Below are positions 57,055 through 61,233 of a stretch of DNA of 61,233 nucleotides, piece after piece. The notes below the pieces were generated by a model. The model searched no databases. It worked only from the letters and a program-made list of their open reading frames with translations, and was not told the DNA's origin. Origin of the DNA: Candidatus Acidiferrales bacterium (GTDB lineage Bacteria; Acidobacteriota; Terriglobia; Acidiferrales; UBA7541); contig DATEQM010000016.1 in assembly GCA_035272605.1 (NCBI GenBank), positions 1 to 61,233 on the forward strand, read 5' to 3'. Numbering within the stretch: the first letter of the stretch is position 1; each line of letters starts with the position of its first letter. The position numbers were made by a program, and so were the translations under genes.

Positions 57055-60018
57055 GTGACGCCTGCGAAGCCACCTACGCTCCCCGACGAGCCCCAGCGCC
57101 TCGAAGTCCTCGCGCAGTACGGCATCCTCGACTCCGCGGCGGAGCAGGAATTCGACGACCTCACCCGCCTCGCCACCTACATCGCCGCCACCCCCATCGC
57201 CGCCGTCACCCTGATTGACGCCGACCGCCAGTGGTTCAAATCGAGAATCGGCATGGACGAGGAGCAAACCACGCGCGATATCGCCTTCTGCGCACACGCC
57301 ATTGCCGGCCGCGAACTCCTCGTCATCCCCGATGCCCGCGCCGACGCCCGTTTCGCCGACAACCCTCTGGTCACCGGCACCGCTCACATCCGCTTCTACG
57401 CCGGCATGCCGCTCGTCTCGCCCGAGGGCCACGCCCTCGGCACTCTCTGCGTCCTCGACCGCGTCCCGCGCCGGCTCACGCCGGATCAGGAGGAGGCTCT
57501 GCGCGTGCTCGGCCGGCAGGTGAACATGCAACTCGACCTGCGCCGGCACATGCTCAAGCTCGTCCGCACGTATGCGGAGCTGGAGGGCACCCAGGAAAAA
57601 TTGGCTGCGGTGCTGCGTTCCGCCACCACCGTCGCCATCCTGGCCACCAACCCGAAGGGCACGGTCACTCTCTTCAATCCCGGCGCGGAGCGCCTGCTCG
57701 GCTGGACCGCCGAGGAAGTGATCGGAAAGAAGTCCCCGCTGAATTTCCTCCTCGAGAGCGAAATCGAGGAGCGCGCCGCCGAGCTCGGCCGCCGGCTCGG
57801 GAAAGAAATCCGCGGGCTGGGCTATTTCGCCGAGCTGGCCCGCCAGGGCATACATGAAGAGCGCGAATGGACCCACGTCCGCAAAGACGGCAGCCACGTC
57901 CCCGCCAAACTCGCGGTGACTCCGCTGCACGACGCGAACGACGAGGTCGCCGGATTTCTGGCCGTCTCCAAAGATATGACCGAGCGGAAGGGCTACGAGC
58001 GGGAACTCATCCGCGCGCGCGAGGCCGCCGAAGATGCCAGCCGCGCCAAGACCGAATTCCTGGCCAACATCAGCCACGAGATACGCACCCCGCTCAACGC
58101 CATCCTCGGGATGACCGAGCTGGCACTGGGTACCGCCCTTTCCGCCGACCAGCGCGAGTACGTCACCGCCGTCCAGGATGCCGGGCGTTCCCTCCTCTCC
58201 CTGATGAACGACGTGCTCGATTTTTCCCGCATCGAGGCGCGCAAACTCGAGCTCTACACCATCAATTTCCCCCTGCGCGAAACCCTCGCCGACGTTCTGC
58301 GCACCTTCGGCCTCCGCGCCTACCAAAAAGGCCTCGAGCTCATCCTCCAGACCGGCCCCGACGTGCCGGAAATGGTCAGCGCCGACGTCGTGCGCCTCCG
58401 CCAGATCCTCACCAATCTCGTCGGCAATGCCATCAAGTTCACCGAGCGCGGCGAAATCACCCTGCGCGCCTTTGTGGACCTCCTCCGCCAGGACCACACC
58501 ATCATCCACTTCGCCGTGGCCGATTCCGGCATCGGTGTCCCGCCGGAAAAGCTGGCCTTCCTCTTCGATCCCTTCACGCAGGCGGACAGCTCCACGCACC
58601 GGAAATACGGCGGCACCGGGTTGGGCCTGGCCATCGCCAAGGAGCTCGTCGAGGTGATGGGCGGGCAGATGTGGGCGGAAAGCGCGCCCGGCCGCGGCAG
58701 TACCTTTCACTTCACTCTGCCCGTGCGCGGGCGCCGCAGCGCTGTTCCTGTTCCCGCCGCGCACGAAAAATTCGCCGGGCTCTCCGCTCTCATCGCCGAC
58801 GACAATCGGACGCAGCGCGACACGCTCGCGGAATTGCTCGCCCGCCGGGGAATGAAGACGGAATCCGCGCCGGGAGGCCGCGCCGCCGTTGCCGCGTTCG
58901 AATCCGCGGCAAAACAGGGGCGCCCGCCTGCGCTCCTGCTCCTCGACGCCCAAATGCCCGACCTCGACGGTTTCGCGGTCGCCGAGCGCATCCGCGCGAT
59001 CCCGCTCCCTCCCCAGGCGGCCCGCTGCGCCATCGTCTTGCTCACCGTCCCGGGAATGACCGACACGGAGCCGCGGCGCAACGCTCTCGGCATTCCCGCC
59101 GCCGTCAGCAAGCCCATCCGCGAATCGGCGCTCTTCGACGCCATCGAGCACGCGCTCGCATCCGCCGCCGGCGGCGCGGCGCCGCAGCACGTGGCGCCCC
59201 TGCCCGCGGCCGCGCCAAGGCATGGTTCGCTCCACATCCTGCTGATTGAAGACAACGCGGTGAATCAGGTGGTCACGCGGCGCCTGCTCGAACGGGAAGG
59301 TCACACCGTGGTTGTGGCGGACAACGGTCTGCGCGGCCTCGAGGCGCTGAGCCGAGAACCCTTTGACGCCATTCTCATGGACGTGCAGATGCCCGGCATG
59401 GACGGCATCGAGACCACCCGCGCCATCCGCTCCCGCGAACCCGCCGCAGGCGGCCACCGTACTCCCATCGTCGCTTTCACCGCGCACGCCATGAAGGAAG
59501 ACCGCGAACGCTGCCTGGCCGCCGGCATGGATGCCTATCTCGCCAAACCCGTCGAGACTTCCGAAATGCTCGAAGCCCTCGAAAACGCCGCAGGGCTCTT
59601 CCGCCGTACCGGCATTCCCTCACCAGCGCCGGCCACAAGCGCGGGCGCCGCGCCGCCCGGCCAGCCCTCCAATGACGATCCGCAGGTCGCCGCCCTGCGC
59701 CGCATTGTCGGTGGAGATGAAAAGCTGCTGCGCGAGGTCGTGCGCGTGTTCCTGGAAGATTCCCCGGCAAAACTTTCCGCGCTGGCCGTGGCGCTCGCCG
59801 CGCAGGACACCAGCGCGCTGGCCCTCGCCGCTCACGGCCTCAAAGGATCGGCCGCCGCGCTCGGCGCCCGTCCCGCCATGGACGCTGCCGCGCATCTGGA
59901 AGCCCTGGCACGCGCCCGGAATCTCGCTGAGGCCGACATCGCCGCCGCCCAGGTAAAAGAGGAAATCACCGCCGTCCGCGACTCGCTCGCCGCCTGGCTC
60001 GCCTCCCATTCTCCCTGA
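57055..60018 (+). CDS. Hybrid sensor histidine kinase (GAF-PAS-HisKA-HATPase-REC-REC-Hpt)
   Basis: GAF (FCAHAI...YAGMPL), PAS, H-box FLANISHEIRTPLN, N/G boxes (NLVGNAIKFT, DSGIGV, GGTGLGLAI). Two REC domains (LLLDAQMPDLDG; ILMDVQMPGMDG) and a C-terminal Hpt (AHGLKGSAAALG). Confidence 0.9.
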   Translation: MTPAKPPTLPDEPQRLEVLAQYGILDSAAEQEFDDLTRLATYIAATPIAAVTLIDADRQWFKSRIGMDEEQTTRDIAFCAHAIAGRELLVIPDARADARFADNPLVTGTAHIRFYAGMPLVSPEGHALGTLCVLDRVPRRLTPDQEEALRVLGRQVNMQLDLRRHMLKLVRTYAELEGTQEKLAAVLRSATTVAILATNPKGTVTLFNPGAERLLGWTAEEVIGKKSPLNFLLESEIEERAAELGRRLGKEIRGLGYFAELARQGIHEEREWTHVRKDGSHVPAKLAVTPLHDANDEVAGFLAVSKDMTERKGYERELIRAREAAEDASRAKTEFLANISHEIRTPLNAILGMTELALGTALSADQREYVTAVQDAGRSLLSLMNDVLDFSRIEARKLELYTINFPLRETLADVLRTFGLRAYQKGLELILQTGPDVPEMVSADVVRLRQILTNLVGNAIKFTERGEITLRAFVDLLRQDHTIIHFAVADSGIGVPPEKLAFLFDPFTQADSSTHRKYGGTGLGLAIAKELVEVMGGQMWAESAPGRGSTFHFTLPVRGRRSAVPVPAAHEKFAGLSALIADDNRTQRDTLAELLARRGMKTESAPGGRAAVAAFESAAKQGRPPALLLLDAQMPDLDGFAVAERIRAIPLPPQAARCAIVLLTVPGMTDTEPRRNALGIPAAVSKPIRESALFDAIEHALASAAGGAAPQHVAPLPAAAPRHGSLHILLIEDNAVNQVVTRRLLEREGHTVVVADNGLRGLEALSREPFDAILMDVQMPGMDGIETTRAIRSREPAAGGHRTPIVAFTAHAMKEDRERCLAAGMDAYLAKPVETSEMLEALENAAGLFRRTGIPSPAPATSAGAAPPGQPSNDDPQVAALRRIVGGDEKLLREVVRVFLEDSPAKLSALAVALAAQDTSALALAAHGLKGSAAALGARPAMDAAAHLEALARARNLAEADIAAAQVKEEITAVRDSLAAWLASHSP

Positions 60019-60029
60019 ATACAGGTAGC

Positions 60030-60047
60030 GCCGGCCTTCAGGCCGGC
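60030..60047. repeat. TTCA-loop GC-rich hairpin (family member) between convergent HK and RR genes
   Basis: ggtagc-gccggcc-ttca-ggccggc; sits in the 36-bp convergent gap. Confidence 0.55.
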
Positions 60048-60054
60048 ATCCGCC

Positions 60055-60885
60055 TCAATCCAAATACTTCACAAACACCACTTCATTCTGCGCTTCGTTG
60101 TAAATCAATTCGTCCACCAGCGCGCGCGCCAGCAGCACCCCGAAGCCTCCCGGACGCAATCCCTTCGCCTCGCGCGGCCCCAGGTGCGCCAGCGGCTGGT
60201 CCGCGGGATACGCCACTGCCGCGTGGCTCAAATCCTCAAAGCGGAAGCCCGAGCCCGGATCCGAGATGCGATACAAGATCAGCCGCCGCATCCGCAGGTA
60301 GGAAATATGCACCTTACGTTCGGGGTCCAGCGCCCCGCCCCACTCGATCGCGTTCGACAACATCTCGCGAAACGCCTGCCCCACCGACCGGCGCATCTCC
60401 TCGCTCAGGTTTGCTTCCAGTTGGCCCAGAAAATTTTGAATGTAGTCCACCACCTCCAGCCGGCACGGCACCACCAGTTCCACCCAGTCCGGCCGCGCGG
60501 AAAGCACCTCGATGTGCGGCCGCTCCGGCGCGCTCAGTTCCTCCGCCACCACTTCCAACAACGCCGCGGCCTCCACCGGCTTCGTCAGATACCGGCTGGC
60601 CTGCCCCCGCACCGCCGCGAGCAGCATCTCCGGGGTCTCATCCGAAGTCAGAATAATCACCCGCGGCGGCGCCGCCAGCCCGCGCAGCCGCTCCAGCACT
60701 TCCAGCCCGCTCATCCCCGGCATCCAGATGTCCAGCAACACCAGGTCGAAGCGCGCCTCGCCCGTCAGCCGCAGCGCCTCCGCCCCGTCCGACGCCGCCG
60801 TCACCCGGTAGCCCCCACCCTCCAGGATCGTGCCGAGCATCAGCCGCGTCAGCCGGTCATCGTCCACAATCAAGATGCTGCTCAT
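60055..60885 (-). CDS. Response regulator fused to an RsbW/SpoIIAB-like HATPase (anti-sigma-type serine kinase) domain
   Basis: From ATG 60885: MSSILIVDDDRLTRLML...LLDIWMPGMSG (REC), then NAIEWG (N-box), DPGSGF (G1) and GGFGVLLARALVDEL (G2). Confidence 0.8.
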   Translation of the reverse strand: MSSILIVDDDRLTRLMLGTILEGGGYRVTAASDGAEALRLTGEARFDLVLLDIWMPGMSGLEVLERLRGLAAPPRVIILTSDETPEMLLAAVRGQASRYLTKPVEAAALLEVVAEELSAPERPHIEVLSARPDWVELVVPCRLEVVDYIQNFLGQLEANLSEEMRRSVGQAFREMLSNAIEWGGALDPERKVHISYLRMRRLILYRISDPGSGFRFEDLSHAAVAYPADQPLAHLGPREAKGLRPGGFGVLLARALVDELIYNEAQNEVVFVKYLD

Positions 60886-61008
60886 CGCCGCCCGCCATTC
60901 TATCGGATTTCGTGGCGCAGACTCGCTGCGGCAAGTCTGTGCGCCGTTGATAGGAGCACGCCGAAAGAAACATCCTCCCATTCCCGTCGCGCTCCCGTTT
61001 TTTCGCCC

Positions 61009-61038
61009 TTGACTTTTCGCTTTTTATTCGCCTATACT
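61009..61038 (+). promoter_or_regulatory. Strong sigma70-type promoter candidate
   Basis: TTGACT (61009-14), 18 nt, TATACT (61033-38). Embedded in an unusually AT-rich patch for this genome. Confidence 0.55.
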
Positions 61039-61044
61039 GCCCCC

Positions 61045-61135
61045 GGGTAGAGTAACGGGAACCCGGCGCGGGCGGGCCCCATTGTCCGATCTGGACTCTC
61101 CAAGGCCCGCCTTCGCCGGGAGAAATTCCCTACCC
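61045..61135 (+). ncRNA. Candidate structured RNA (leader or sRNA) forming a rod-like hairpin
   Basis: Nested complementary segments read by eye: gggtag/ctaccc, gggaa/ttccc, cccggcg/cgccggg, ggcgggcc/ggcccgcc, closing on a ~25-nt loop. Starts ~7 nt after the -10 box. No riboswitch class recognised. Confidence 0.3.
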
Positions 61136-61167
61136 CTCCGCCCCGCCCGTTCCCCGCCCATGGTAGC

Positions 61168-61185
61168 GCCGCCCTTCAGGGCGGC
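61168..61185 (+). repeat. TTCA-loop GC-rich hairpin (family member)
   Basis: ggtagc-gccgccc-ttca-gggcggc; the same ggtagc prefix as the 60030 copy. Confidence 0.55.
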
Positions 61186-61233
61186 ACAGCGCAGATGCCG
61201 GCCTCGCCATGCGGGACCAGCCTCTACAGGATC

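Noticed and set aside
55954-59487. The 1177-aa minus-strand ORF, the longest in the window
   Set aside because: It is antisense to two plus-strand genes with unambiguous catalytic motifs (acyl ligase/PlsC fusion and hybrid histidine kinase). It has an Arg/Gly/Ala-rich low-complexity composition typical of GC-rich shadow frames.

Overview
High-GC (~65-70%) bacterial chromosome segment. The PadR + tandem 'ADOP' duplicated MacB-type permeases suggest Acidobacteriota, but that is inference only. All calls rest on motif recognition in the supplied ORF translations and on reading the DNA directly; no database search was possible. The backbone is ordinary: a partial tmRNA 3' end, cstA, SRP RNA-dnaX-ybaB-recR, an RND efflux operon, a MacAB-like ABC exporter, a Moco operon (moeA-moaC-mogA), purA, trxA, glgA, rsmA and glpQ. 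Most interesting items: (1) a 2+2 cassette of two paralogous small hydrophobic-core proteins plus two ArsA/Get3-like ATPases without arsenite-binding cysteines and with no ars genes nearby; (2) a peroxiredoxin-like gene whose redox-site codon is an in-frame TGA followed by a SECIS-like hairpin, so a probable selenoprotein split in the ORF track; (3) a translationally coupled lipid cassette (CDP-alcohol phosphatidyltransferase, DAG-kinase-like, CdsA-like, acyl reductase-like); (4) an AMP-ligase-ACP-PlsC fusion; (5) three tandem 115-bp repeats after the tmRNA, each ending in a copy of its 3' end; (6) a sigma54 promoter, degenerate PilZ, NtrC-like activator and canonical PilZ; (7) a REC-DUF4388 regulator inside the Moco operon; (8) an HTH-NfeD-flotillin-PspA module. 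Many long antisense ORFs are GC-driven shadows.
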